DNA from: Podarcis gaigeae
Taxonomy: Eukaryota
DNA length: 64,000 nucleotides
NCBI GenBank assembly: GCA_964106915.2
Contig: OZ066923.1
Direction: 5' to 3' (one strand)
Positions 49,437-62,817 of the stretch are shown piece by piece. Each line of letters starts with the position of its first letter. Positions within the stretch are counted from its first letter, which is position 1. The notes beneath the pieces are model-generated. The model searched no databases. It saw only the letters and a program-made list of their open reading frames with translations, and was not told where the DNA came from. The translations under genes were made by a program, and so were the position numbers.

Positions 49437-50529
49437 TTGAGTGTATGTTTTGAGAAATTTTAAGTCTCTTGGGGCACCTACATAATAAAAATAATGATCA
49501 TCATATCTAATAGTAAGAACAACTCACATTCTCTGAGCTGGGAGGAATTTTAGAGGCCCTCGGCAAAATAGGTTGAAACACTCAATTTGAACCAGGTCTT
49601 ATTCTATAAAGTTCATCATACGCTTAACCTAAAAGCCCTGAATGTATACAATTGATGTATTGCCAGGGAATATTTTCTCTATTAGGGTAAGAAGCTGCAC
49701 TGGGGAAGTTATCTTTCATCAGTCTATTCAATGCGTCACAGGAACAATACTGGAATTATACTGAAAAAGAAGTTACCATATTAACTGCTGAGAATATGGA
49801 TGATAGGCAAAACAAATGGTCACTTGCAATCACTACCAGCAGATGGTGACGTGGCTACTGTGGTTATTAGAACTGAACTTTCTAGGGAAGTATAAGTTTG
49901 GGGGGGTTAATTAAAGAAGATAAGGCTTCTGACATTGTAAGGGATGTATTTCAGGATGTGGTTTAGAGTGTGATCACCCCAAAATGCATGCAAAGATCAC
50001 CCCTGTGTTTTCACACCATGCATGATCATTCCAGGGAAGAACCAATATTTCTCACCAACTCACTGGTTTTCACACACTGAGCAACTCTTAATATAAGTAG
50101 TGAAGGGTGTCCAGGGGTCATAAGACATAATCCTCTCTCAGGGTTTTTTCTTATAACGATGCTCACTGGTACAGAGTACCACCATCTTTTTTCGCTGCTC
50201 ATGGCAGCCATTTTGTGCTGCCACCCATGACACCCTTATGAATATCAGCACTTCATTTTTTTATTAAAAATAAAAGCACTGTTCTCTTCAATGGTATCAG
50301 AGACAGAACTTCTGTTTTGCACTGCTGCTCCTTATTACTGCTTGAAGCCACTGATGGCCTGTTCCAACTGATTTTGGAGCTGTAATGCCAGTAGGGCCAA
50401 AAGTGGTTTCCCCCTTTTGCAACATTTTTAGAAGAGGACCAGCAAGTGGTTGAGGCCCTAAGGTTTCCCCTACGTGCCTGGAAACTGTGGAGAGATATAC
50501 ATAGAACTGGGCAGCACAGATATTCAAGA

Positions 50530-51009
50530 ACTGGGCACCACAGTTCAAGAAGGACACTGACAAACTGGAACGTGTCCAGAGGAGGGCAACCAAAATGGTC
50601 AAAGGCCTGGAAATGATGCCTTATGAGGAACGGCTAAGGGAGCTGGGCATGTTTAGCCTGGAGAAGAGGAGGTTAAGGGGTGATATGATAGCCATGTTCA
50701 AATATATAAAAGGATGTCACAGAGAGGAGGGGAAAAGGTTGTTTTCTGCTGCTCCAGAGAAGCGTACACGGAGCAATGGATCCAAACTACAAGAAAGAAG
50801 ATTCCACCTAAACATTAGGAAGAACTTCCTGACAGTAAGAGCTGTTCGACAGTGGAATTTGCTGCCAAGGAGTGTGGTGGAGTCTCCTTTGGAGGTCTTT
50901 AAGCAGAGGCTTGACAACCATATGTCAGGAGTGCTCTGATGGTGTTTCCTGCTTGGCAGGGGGTTGGACTCGATGACCCTTGTGGTCTCTTCCAACTCTA
51001 TGATTCTAT
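50530..51009 (+). mobile_element. CR1 LINE 3' end (ORF2 C-terminus)
   Basis: ORF 50595..50939 [40 protein letters not shown]...[14 protein letters not shown] is a classic CR1 C-terminus; ends ccaactctatgattctat. Confidence 0.95.
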
Positions 51010-51134
51010 ATGCTTCTGAGTGAGTCTTAAATCTCCACTTCAGCTTCCTTGGGTAATGTTATAACAGAGGGAGAAATCCTATTCTCTATTGACTTTCTCT
51101 ATACCATGCATAGTTTTTTTAAAACTTCTAGCAT

Positions 51135-51225
51135 GTCACAAAAATCCCAAACCCTGCAACCGTTCTTCAGAGAGGAATTGCTCCATCCCCTTCATCATTT
51201 TGGTTGCCCTTTTCTGAACCTCCCA
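51135..51225 (-). mobile_element. Decayed CR1 fragment
   Basis: ccccttcatcattttggttgcccttttctgaac is the reverse complement of the VQKRATKMMKG motif. Confidence 0.6.
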
Positions 51226-51436
51226 CTGGCTTACACAAGTGAAATATAAAATGTCAAGCCTTTGAGTAGCTTTTGTCAAGGAATTTTTTTATAAAAAAAA
51301 AAACCACTCCCTCATATACTATGGAACCATCCACCCTTCTCCAGGAAGATGATTTGTTTTGTTCAAAGGAGCAGCCTTTGTAACATTTCCCTAAAGAAAG
51401 AATTAAAGAGGGAGAGATGACAATCTCCTAACTCTG

Positions 51437-52007
51437 TTGGAAGATACAAGATTTACCCACGCTGGAGGAATGGCAGACGCAGTTGATGGATTATATGGAA
51501 CTGGCTGAAATGACTGGCAGAATCCGAGACTTGGGAGAGGAAACAATGGAAGAGGACTGGAAAAAATTTAAGGACTATTTGCAAAAACATTACAAGTTGT
51601 ATGAATGTTAAGGAAATGCATGATTAGGAAATTTAAGCTTCAGCAACTTGATTAGGCGAATTGAAAATTAAGGTACAAGAAATAAGAGGTGGAACTATGA
51701 AATAACTTTATTATGTCTATTTTAAATATATAAGAATTGGGATATAACACTGTGAATCTAGAAACATGATAAACTGAAAGATACAGTAAGTTATGAAACA
51801 AGGTAACAAATTGCTGACGTTTTTATCACAAAGAACGCAGGGTTTGGAGGATGTGGGGAAGTCCAGTTGGATTGTTAAAAAACATTATGGAAAGTTGGAT
51901 TTTTTGTATATTCTTTTTTCTTTTTTTCTGTTCTTTTTCTTTTCTCTTTATTCTATATATCTTTGACTGTAAGAAAAGAAACTTAATAAAAATATTATTA
52001 AAAAAAA
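51437..52007 (+). mobile_element. 5'-truncated L1-clade LINE (ORF2 C-terminus, 3'UTR, polyA)
   Basis: WKIQDLPTLEEWQTQLMDYMELAEMTGRIRDLGEETMEEDWKKFKDYLQKHYKLYEC*; T-rich 3'UTR, AATAAA, A tail; perfect 18-bp TSD GACAATCTCCTAACTCTG at 51419-51436 and 52008-52025. Confidence 0.9.
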
Positions 52008-55000
52008 GACAATCTCCTAACTCTGGAGTTTCACATGAACAACCTTGCAGCACCAAACATGTGCTTTACTTCTGCACTGAGATGACAAACACAAGTCAGA
52101 TGAAATGGGCACCCCATGGCCAACAGATGGCTTTAGGCAAGATTCATTCTTCTATCACGTGCCTTTCAGAGCAATATGCAGCACAGCACTTCCAGAATTC
52201 TTCAGAATCTAGACATGTCTTTTAGCCCAGGACCGGACCCCATGGAAAGGACACAACCATAACTAATGGACACATTCTTCTTAAAACACATTCAGATCTA
52301 TCAGCAATTTTGAGATATTGAAAACTCTAGCTACAGGGAAACCCTCTTGCATTAATATCAAAAGCATGTATCCTGATATTATGTGATTGATTAAGAAAAT
52401 GGGAAAAAATATTTCTGTAAGATAGTGACAAGGACAAAACTGTGATTATTCTGACTGGCCAAAGAACTGATACTACAGAGGCGGCATGTGGATAAAACGG
52501 AATGTAATTTTTCAGTAATAGCTTCTCTATGAAGAAAAATGGTGCATGCCATTCCATTGACATCATGCTACCCTAAGATCAGCAGGGCAGTCTTTAAAAC
52601 ATCATTCCAGTGGGTAAGGCTTACATGCTTCATTTTTATTCCACCCTTTGTCCAAGGTGTCCATGATGCTGAACACATCTCCACATACGCTGCCATAACC
52701 CCTTTACCCCCAGAACAACCTTGGAATGAAGGTTGAGATGTTGTGGCTGCTTCATGTATGGAATACCCTTCCCTCTGCCACACAGAAAGAAGTATCCATC
52801 ATTTGCTTCAGATGTCTTATTAGGACTAGATATCTGTACAGGCTTTCCCTGATCCATAAGACTGTATCCTGTGCCACTGTAATTCTGGGTGGCATTTTAA
52901 TCTTTGGTGTGTTTTTTACAGTATTATCATAGTGTCTTGATGTTGATTTAGGACCCCTACAGATTTCCTGTTTATTGGATAGTCATCTGGATTTGCTTGC
53001 ACAAAGTTTATGCAGAGGTTGAAGTATATCTGGTCTTCAGTGATTTGTTTGCAGGGCAAACATTGGGCATCCATCTTTCATGAATCCTGATTTGCTTGCC
53101 ATATGTTTGTACATCTTCCCACTGGTAATTCCTTCATCCCACACTTTTCACTGCATTTCTCCATCGCTTTCCAAACTGCAAAGAAGTCTTATTCTTTTTT
53201 AAAAAGATTATTTGCTGCATTTGGGCAACAAAGTGCTTTAATCCACCTTAATTGCTCACACTGAAATTTCCCAGTATGCACTTGAGTCGCTCCTACAAAA
53301 TAGTGACATCCTTACACTGAAGTACACCACTTCAACAATTTAAAAATATCAAGCAGGTTAGGAATACTATAAATTGAATAAAATAAATGTCAGCTCACGA
53401 GCTTCAAGACTGAATATGCATGCCAACTGAGTCTTCCTAGTCCAATGCTCAACCCAGTGTACAATGCTTAGGAGGCATGCATCCCATGACTGAGGAATAC
53501 TGGTCATGTATTATTTACACAAAGTTACGCACTACATGGTGCAATACTAATATAAACATATATCAGCACTCAGAGATTTATCTCCTTCGCTGGAGTCTGT
53601 AAAGCTCTGGGAGACCCACTCTTCTAGCAAACAATGAAATCATCACCTTAATGATGAACAGGGAACAGGTTTTTCCCCTTGTAAAGCTGGCTACATAGGA
53701 GATGGTGGTTTCAATCCTTCAAATGGCTGGATCGAAGCCCTTGGTGACAAAGAATGCCATGATTAAGTATTTGCAAAACATAAAGCAGACGTATCAAGGA
53801 GAGTCATTAAAAGCAAAGACAATTAGTCAGACTAGAAAAACAATATGCAGAGATATATATGTCTAGCCTAGATACACACAGTAGCTACAGTCTGGAATCA
53901 TTTACTCGTGGATTACTTTTTATCTATTAATAACATTTGAAAAATGACTCCCCGCCCTAAGCCTTGTTTCATGAGACAAGTATAATGTACAATGCGGAAT
54001 GCAATCTTGACTATTCTTAATTGCCTTCCCGTGATCATAGTCCTTTAAAGCCTCTCTAAGCCTCTCTGTTTCAATGGGTGCTTTGCAGGACGGGGGTTCC
54101 CATCGAGTTTCAAAAAGGAAAATATAAAACATAGCCCTTTTTTTGACAGGAATGTACCTGCAGATTGCTGGGCTTTTGCTTTTGGTCTTTATGCTCTGGG
54201 ATACAAGAGCCAGGTTGATCAATCACACTTCAGAAACTTCCTTCATATGCTTTTATAGAAGAAAACGATAGCCACAGTGAATCGATAACAGGTGTGGAAA
54301 ACATGCAGCACAATGTCTATCTGGTCTGAGGCTTACTTTCTCTGAATGGAGTGGTTTCTGCCTGCCCTGATTACATCTTTTGCTGCCTCCGATAATGCTG
54401 GGTCAGCTCAAGATATTTTGCTGCCTGAAGCAGATAAGAATCCTCCTTCCCCACAATTCTACATGCAGAAATTGACTGGGCTGGGAGCACTGCTAAAGGT
54501 AAGGATGAAGTAGCTAACAGGCTATCCAGTTCCACAAGTCACATGCATTTAAAAAAAAAAAAACCCAAGACCAAAGGAGAGTGCATAAATCAAAGGGCCC
54601 TCCCAATTTGTGCCCCAGACATTAACGTGGGTTTTATTGCAACTCTGCTTTGTGGTGTTCCATAAAAACAGCATCTGCTGAACTAGCACCAGCATGTGAG
54701 CCATAAGCCATCTCCTAGGGCAGCACACTTTCGGAAAGAAATGTGCTCACTATCAGGCAGCCTGAACCATTGAACTTGCTTTACCACATTTTAGAAGGGC
54801 AGGGGGAAATATGTTCTCTGTAATCCAATCATTCCCCAGCCCCTCTTTTTTAAATCAAAAACAGGGCCAGTGCATTAGAAAGGGAAGTGAGAGGAAAATA
54901 TGAGAGCAGAGACAGTAGCCAAAGCCAGGCTCCATAATATTTACATTAATTGGCTAATTATAGCCTACGAGGGCCCGATCCTACCAAGCTCTCCTTTCAC

Positions 55001-58000
55001 TGAATAAGCCTTTCTCACAAATTTATTTGCATGGACTTTGCTTGTAGCGAGGTAAGGATACTGGTAGGTGGCCTTTGGAAGGTTACATGGCTGGAGTATT
55101 CGTGTGCTAGGGACCTGGGTTGCTGAGAAGCAAGCTTATATAGGAGACACACCCAAGCCTTACCTGGGAAATAATGTATGGCACATGGCAAAGCAGTTGT
55201 GATCAAGGACCAGCAAGGCAAAGGGCTCAAATGAGCCCTAATATGATTCTTTCCTGTGCCCACAGCTTGTCCTGGGCACTCAGCATGCTTCATTTTTAGA
55301 CACTGGATTTTTAGCAGGGATGCTGTGTTTAACTGGCTGGTTAGGTTGAACAATAGAGGATGGAAGCAGGGAAGAAAGCCTTATTGACCTCAATGGGATT
55401 TACTTCTGAACAACATCTACAGGATTGCACTGTACGTTAACCCTATATGTGTTTACTCAGAAGTAAGTTGGGCAGAATATAAATAATAAATTATTAAATT
55501 ATTATTATTATTGCACTCAGTGGCGCTTACTTCCAGGTAAGGGTGTATAGGATCCCAGACTTAATTTGACTAAAACAGTGCTCTGATTATTTGGGTAGAA
55601 CATTTAATAAACAAGCAGCATTTTCAAAGAGACATTTTTCCTCTTCTGTCTTTCTAGTGTGGTTGCTGAGAGGTCTTTTTCAACACCTGTAATCAAATAA
55701 GTGTGTTTCTAGCTACAGTAAAACAATTTTATCCAAACAATTTTATGCAAACTTATTCAATTTTATGCAAACTTGAAAAAACATGAATTGGGTTACACCC
55801 CTGATTTTTAGATGAAGATTACAATTTGATGTTAAATTCATCTCGAGTTTTGCATACTTTTACTTGAACTTAAGCCCTGAATGTTTGTAGTCGGACTTCA
55901 ACAAAAATGCATGGTTCACGATCAAAATTTATATGGTTCTGTTGTATCTCATGACAATTGTTTGCTAGAGAGATTCTGCTTTTCTCGTCTAATGAGGTGC
56001 ATTAGTCAAGAGCCAAAGGACCTCTGACCCTAAGATCAAGTGTCTACTCTGGAGGGAGAACACTTAGTATATGAGAGTATGATTTGACAGCAGGCAGCTG
56101 GAAGGAATCACTGAAAATTCACAGAGAGTAATCCTTAAAAATCTGACTGAGAGTATGTGGAAGTAACAACCACGTCATCTACTGAAAAGTCTTACAGAGT
56201 TTGCTGGAAGCAGGAAAGAGCTCTGGTTTCACTGCTCAGTCTACTTATGTTATAAGTACTCCCGTCAACAGGGAGCGAGTAAAAGGCTTAATCGATGGTC
56301 AAGGGACACAATCCACCACCTGGAAGTTCTTCTTCACATTCCCTGTTATAATGAATGGAACAGTGCAAAAGAATTCCTGTGGGTAATAAACCCAGCAGAA
56401 CTCCGCAGAAAATGTCATGTTCTATGCCCTAATACCAGTCAGGCAAATACAATTTTATGCACAAAAAAGAACACACACCAAGACTTTGCTGGGGGTGACA
56501 GTACTGTGATTGAGAGATGGATTGCAGGAGGAAACAGCTCTCAAATCAATTACAGTATTTTTTACAGCAACTTGTGATAATAAAATGATACATTGTATAT
56601 GTATAATAATAATAATTCTGTGTTTTTATTTGCAAGGTAACTTAGATCATCTGGAGAAATTGTACTTGTGGTCCCACACTCTACAGAACAGGGTAGTGAT
56701 CCAGAAATGAGGCTTTTCTTCTATTTGATTCTGCACCCTGGGATGCCCTTCCCTATGCCATACAGGAAGCACCATATCCATCATCTCCTTCAGGTGTCTC
56801 ATAAAGACATAGTTTTTCATCCAGGCTTTCCCTGAGCTATAAGATTTGGCCTTTTTATTACTAGATTTCTGTTTTTATCACACTGTTTCACTGTTTTTAT
56901 AGATGCACTTTTGTACACTGCTTATCTGTTTTCAATATTAAGTGATCTGGAAATGCTTTTAAATAAATAGGACAATGCACACAAATGCATTTCCTATTTA
57001 TGTAATAGCAGAAATGCATATATAATAATATACCCTGAAAACAGAATAAATGAACACTTATCTTATTGTACTTAACTTACTTCATTGACCAACAATTTAC
57101 CACCAAACGTCTGCAATGCACTCTGATCGCCTTATATCAGAACACAGCAGAGTCGGAAGAAGAAGAATTATATCGGAATCAAATCATATTCTATCAATTG
57201 AAGAGAATTATCTGGAAATTATCACTAATAAATTTGAAGTGGAGCACAGTCATCAGATCTGCGATTGAATCCGGAATGACGCTATTAAAGTTGGTGAGTC
57301 TATCCCCCTGTTCATGCGTTTAGTCACATGTAAGCAGCAGGAACACAGAGATCTGAGAAGGGAATCCCTCAAAACTGTACATTGCTGGTATTTGACCTTT
57401 GGGAGGGGGTCAGCAGGTTGCTAGAAAGAAAAATGGCTCTCAGGGTCTCCTAATTTGAAAACAGAGAGGCTGACTGACATAGAAGGTGCATAAGGTGGGT
57501 CTCTGAAAGCAGGGAAACAGAAAGATAGCAGAGAAAAACCTAAATGAACAATCTCTATCATCCAGCAAGAAGTCAGAGAAGGTAAAATGGGAATGGCTGT
57601 ACAGAGCAAAACTGTTGAACGCACCAAGCAATACTTCTCTTCAACATGATCCCTGTGAACTGGCAGGAAATGGCTACTTTCTCATGCACGAGAATTTCAT
57701 CATCCCAACTCTCTCATCCAATCCCCAAATTTCAAGTATTTTCAAAACACAATCAGGTTTTTGTCTGGAATGATAAATGGCCATCCAAAGCAAAGCAAAC
57801 TTGTTTTGTGATAATCCTTAGAGATCAACGGCTGCCTTGTTGTCTAGCTTACATTGGCTGAAGAAACCGAAATGCAAACATTCACTCCCCCCATCATTTA
57901 TAATTGCGGCAGTGAAACAGATCCTGCCTCCCTTCTGGAGGAATAAAATAAAGCTTTACCTGGGACCCATATTTTATTTACAAATACAACAATCACATGA

Positions 58001-58484
58001 TCTGCAACGAAATAAATCTTACATGCAGTGCAATGATTCTGTTTATTATAAACTGGAGATTGCCTTTAAAATGCACTCCAGGGAAAAATTCCTGGACATC
58101 TGGCTAGATGAATGATTTTACCCATGAAATTTGGGCTTTTACTTTTGAAGAATGGGCATCAGGCAGCTCACATAGCCAACTCCGGGGGCAGTGATGGTGC
58201 AAATGAAATGTAGAGCTTCAAAGCAAATAATTGTTTGTAAACAAATGGCTTGCATTGACCATACAAGGGGCTATTGCAGATATTAATATTGTGCCATGTG
58301 AAGTGACTGGATGCATTAAAACTGGCTCCTTTTGGAAATAAAACATTGTTGTGTGAGGTTTTAGGTTTTGATTTCACCTATTTTATTCTGCATTGGGACA
58401 ATGGAATCAGGTTGACTTTTTAGACAGGTGGTGTTGGCTACTTGGGCTTGTGTTCCATAAGACAAATGTGCCTTTACTGCTGCT

Positions 58485-58518
58485 GTTGTTGTTGTTGATG
58501 ATGATGATGATGATGATT
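58485..58518. repeat. Compound (GTT)n(GAT)n microsatellite
   Basis: Direct tandem repeat visible. Confidence 0.85.
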
Positions 58519-59821
58519 ATGTATACCTTGCCCATCTGATTGGGTTGCAACAACAGCTACAACAAAGATATTGATAGTGAACCTGAGATCATATGCAGAC
58601 CTATCATATGCTTTTCAACAAAGCAATGAGTCTCCCTACGAGTTGACATCTATTGGCACCCAAATCCCTGATATGTATTTTTCATTAACATCATGTTTAG
58701 GACATTAGACTTCCCCAGCCACTCTAGGCGGCTTCCAACAAAAGAGTAAAAATACATTAAAATCCAGAAGAGGCTGCTCTTTGCTCGGACATTCAATCTG
58801 TGTTTTTAAATATTTTCCTTTCCTCAGTTGTTTCATTTATTTCCTCTGCTAAATATAAATTTCTCTGGTGTGCGGGGATTGGGCTTCCTTCATAATCTCT
58901 CCTGTTTTTATATGCTTTTCCTTTGGTTTAACTTATCGGGCTCTGATGTCAGGGCAGCTGCAGTTTTCAAAGAGGAGCTCATGCCACTTCTTGCTCACAG
59001 TTCATCCATCATGCTCAGCTGGAACATGATGAGGATTAAAAATGCAACATGATAGTGGACCGATCTTTCGCCTTCCCAGCCATAACTGTGCGGACGCTGG
59101 CACACAAATTGAGGCTGACGAGGAATGATATATTTCTACGAAAACCCTCGAGAAATGTGTGAACTGGCTTTCCTGCTGATTTGGATTATGTCACAGGAGA
59201 TGAAGTGCCAATTTTTGCATGTCCCGACGAAACCAGAAACCAGCGCACAAACCAGAGGACTCGTGGCTCTGTGGTTCCAACATGTCATACCAACAAGGTC
59301 TGGTAGATTCCTTACACCAGTGTTTTAAGAGTGGTATTTATAAGGCAGTTTCTCAAATAATCAAAAGTCCTTTCTTTAGCATGAATACATTCCTATTGTG
59401 GGCTGGATCAATGGTTTTGAAATTGTTTCCTTGGGAATCTTGAAGCAAATAGGGAGCTTTTTATGTGTTCTTTCCTTTGTTTATATTTACATTATTATAT
59501 GGCTCCTACAGTGGTGCTCATATTTAAGCGGGATCAGTACGACTTGTCATTAGATGAACATTTTAGGCATTTTGTATTCTACATTGTTAAATGTTGTCGT
59601 TTTAATTGTTTTTAACTATGTTTTATTTTGATGATAACCAGAATGCAATGGGAATTTTGTATTTGATTTTTTAAAAAAATCAAATTTATTTTAAAGATTG
59701 TTTTATCATACATCATGAGCCATGATTCCACATCCCTTGCCTTCTCCACAACCATCATGCCAAATCATCCCCCACGCCATCCTCAGCCCAAATCCATTTC
59801 TATTATCTGCTGAAGGCAAAT

Positions 59822-59952
59822 CTGGGAAGCCTTGCCCCTCCAGATATTGTTGAGCTACAACCCCAGTCAGCTTCAACTAGCATAGGCAATGGCCAGGGAT
59901 GCTGGGAGTTGTAGTTCAGTGCACCTGGTGGAACAAAGGATTCCCACACCTG
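59822..59952. mobile_element. Palindromic squamate MITE
   Basis: ccctccagatattgttgagctacaacccc ... gggagttgtagttcag...ttcccacacctg. Confidence 0.6.
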
Positions 59953-62451
59953 GCTTAGGAATTACCACGTAACCAGCTTTTCTGCAGAAAATTAGTAAAA
60001 GCAGTTTAACTTATTTTAAGGTGGATTTTCCACCACTTTATAGCCATTGCCATGTCATCTTGCTAACTGTAATTGGGATTGGTTTTGTTTAAATATCTAC
60101 CATTTTTAGCCTGGTTTGATTGCATTTTTGCTTGGTTTGGTTTTGCCATTGTCAGCCTCTAGCTGTACTGGCTGGAAGCATACAAATTTTGAGTACGGAT
60201 TACTGTGTTATATAAACTTTATAGAAGGGGGCAGCTGCCAAACCCAGTTTTCAAATATGTGCGAGGTTTTCTCCACTCCCACAAGGTAAATCCTAACCTC
60301 TGGTTTCGCTAATGGAAAACATGTCTATAAAGTAGAGATGGGGAAAATCAACTCGAGAAAGGAACTAATCTCTTTCTTTTTCTTTAATATCCAAGCCTAA
60401 CAATAAGTCTCTCTGTGTGTCAGGCCTTTCGAAGTCCTTGTGTCTCCCTGCCTCTGTTAATGACTGCAGCACATTGTGAAGTGTCTAAGAGCTTCATATG
60501 AGACACAACCCAGAATCTACATCCAGGAGGTAACCATTTGCACACATGCTTCCATTCTCAGAGTTCATTGCTTTCGTGAGCCATATTGCACCCTTTCCAA
60601 TCACATGTCAGAGATTTGATAAGGTGAGAAATCTTTCTCCTCTGCCTTCTGCAGCAGCACCAGCCAGGAGGAGATGAGGAACCGGGAAGGCAGAGTGCTT
60701 GATCATCCTGAGGAACAAGGCAGGCAACAGTATCCAAAGATTATCACGGCAATGTGGCGTTAGTTGTTACAGGAGTTAGAGCTCAGGATCAAAGGCTCAG
60801 AAGAAAGCAAAATTTGACCAGGGGGGAAAAATCAATCCATTGGGAGTGAGGGTCATTGAGCTCAGGATGAACAAAAGAATAAAGAGCCCATTAAAACATC
60901 TGCAAACTGCTCTGGAGAGGGGGGAGAATAAAGGAGGGAAAGGAAGGAAGCCTCCTCCCCCACATGCTAAATGACCTGTATGCAGAAAGCTACATTTATA
61001 TGTGTGCCGTTCCCTCTTTGATTCTTGTCCACTGAAAGAGAGATAACCAAATTCCAGCAGAAATCTCCCCCCCCCCCTTCTCTGTAACATTTTCAAAATG
61101 ATGTGTTTCAAACTCTGGTTCCTGGATTTGATTGCAGGGGGTCGGAGGTGCCGAAGATCTAACACTCTGCACTCCAAATAATTTCACGTGTCAACATTTG
61201 CTGCTTATTTTTTAGAGCTTCCTCAACCTTGCTTTACTGTTACTCCAATGTCTTCCCTGTTCCACTCGACTTGCTCACACGCAAAAAAAGTTTCTGCTGT
61301 TGGAGACATATACATATATATGTGTCTTTATCTAGAGATTTTCTTGGACACATGTTTCATTCAGATGTGCCACCTATTTTTGTGTGCTTGGAACCGAGTC
61401 TACACTGGTCCTCTACACCACAGCAGTGGTTGAGAACTTCCAGCCTGCAGACCTATATTGGCCTACTAAAGGGTCCAAGTTAGCTCTCAAGGCCATTTCT
61501 CCAAAACCACAGTCATCTGTTCATCAACTGGCATCATTGGATGATATCAGCTGATGGTGAGGACAGTGGGCTTCAGTCCTCCTGGTCTCTACTTCCCCAA
61601 TGCAGTCCATCTTGTTAGGAGAGAGCAGCATAGGCTGTGCAGTCCACACAGTCTAGCTTACCATCTCATCCACCATTTTGATCAAGCCTTTATCTTAACC
61701 CTTTAGTTCTTATTCTCCACTGAAACTAAAACTTATACAACTGCACCTGTGATGGGGTTTTTGAATGCAGGCCTCACCTAGAGAGGGTGGGTGGACGGGG
61801 ATTCCATCAGCTGCAGATTTAAATGCCAATTAACTCAGTTTGCACATTCTGAAACAATGCCTGAACCGAAAACAGCATCCAGTTGAAATGTAGATTGTAG
61901 TCTCACAGATGCAAAGAGCTTCCTTGCCTCTGTTACCTGTAAAGTACCATTTGCAGGGTTGCTGCTGGAAAAATCAATTCATCATTGCCATCCTAGTGGT
62001 TTCCTGTCCCACAGCATGCCTTTTTAATGAAGGAACTCCTCTAGAATTGCACAGTGCTCAATGGGGAACAAGAAAAACTTCCACAGAAACCATGTGTGCC
62101 TCTCGATAGAAGCTTAAAAGTGCAAACCAGTCCTTGAGAGATCACAAACCGGTAATTGGCAATTTTGTTTTTAACTTACAAGATTTACTGAGGTGGGGGA
62201 TACAGGCTGGTATCTTGATGCTGTGTGGCTTATGTTTAAAAAATGGGGAAGCACCCAAGGTCTTTGTAGCATAGATTCAGTTTGTAATGTATAGAGCTTG
62301 AACAATATTACACCATCTTCATTCATCCTTATTCCCCCACCCTTTTCTCTCTCACAGTTGTAAGGTTGTAGCTACACTTCAGCATTTGAAGTGCTGTGGT
62401 TATTATCTTTCTAAAAGCTTCTTTGCAGACATCACTTTGCAAGTGTCCATA

Positions 62452-62817
62452 AGGTAAGTAAAGGTAAAGGTACCCCTGCCCGTACAGGCCAGTCTTGCCA
62501 GACTCTGGGGTTGTGCGCCCATCTCACTCAAGAGGCCAGGGGCCAGCGCTGTCCGAAGACACTTCCGGGTCACGTGGCCAGTGTGACATCGCTGCTCTGG
62601 CGAGCCAGAGCTGCACACGCAAACGCCGTTTACCTTCCCGCTAGAAAGCGGTCCCTATTTATCTACTTCCACCCGAGGGTGCTTTCGAACTGCTAGGTTG
62701 GCAGGCGCTGGGACTGACCAACGGGAGCGCACCCCGCCGCGGGGATTCGAACCGCCAACCTTTCGATCGGCAAGCCCTAGGCGCTGAGGCATTTACCCAC
62801 AGCACCACCCGCGTCCC
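62452..62817 (-). mobile_element. Sauria SINE (Squam1), full length, CpG-rich (young)
   Basis: (AAAGGT)n tail, gggattcgaacc B-box reverse complement, 5' end reverse complement cccgcgtccc; 13-bp TSD GCAAGTGTCCATA at 62439-62451 and 62818-62830. Confidence 0.93.
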
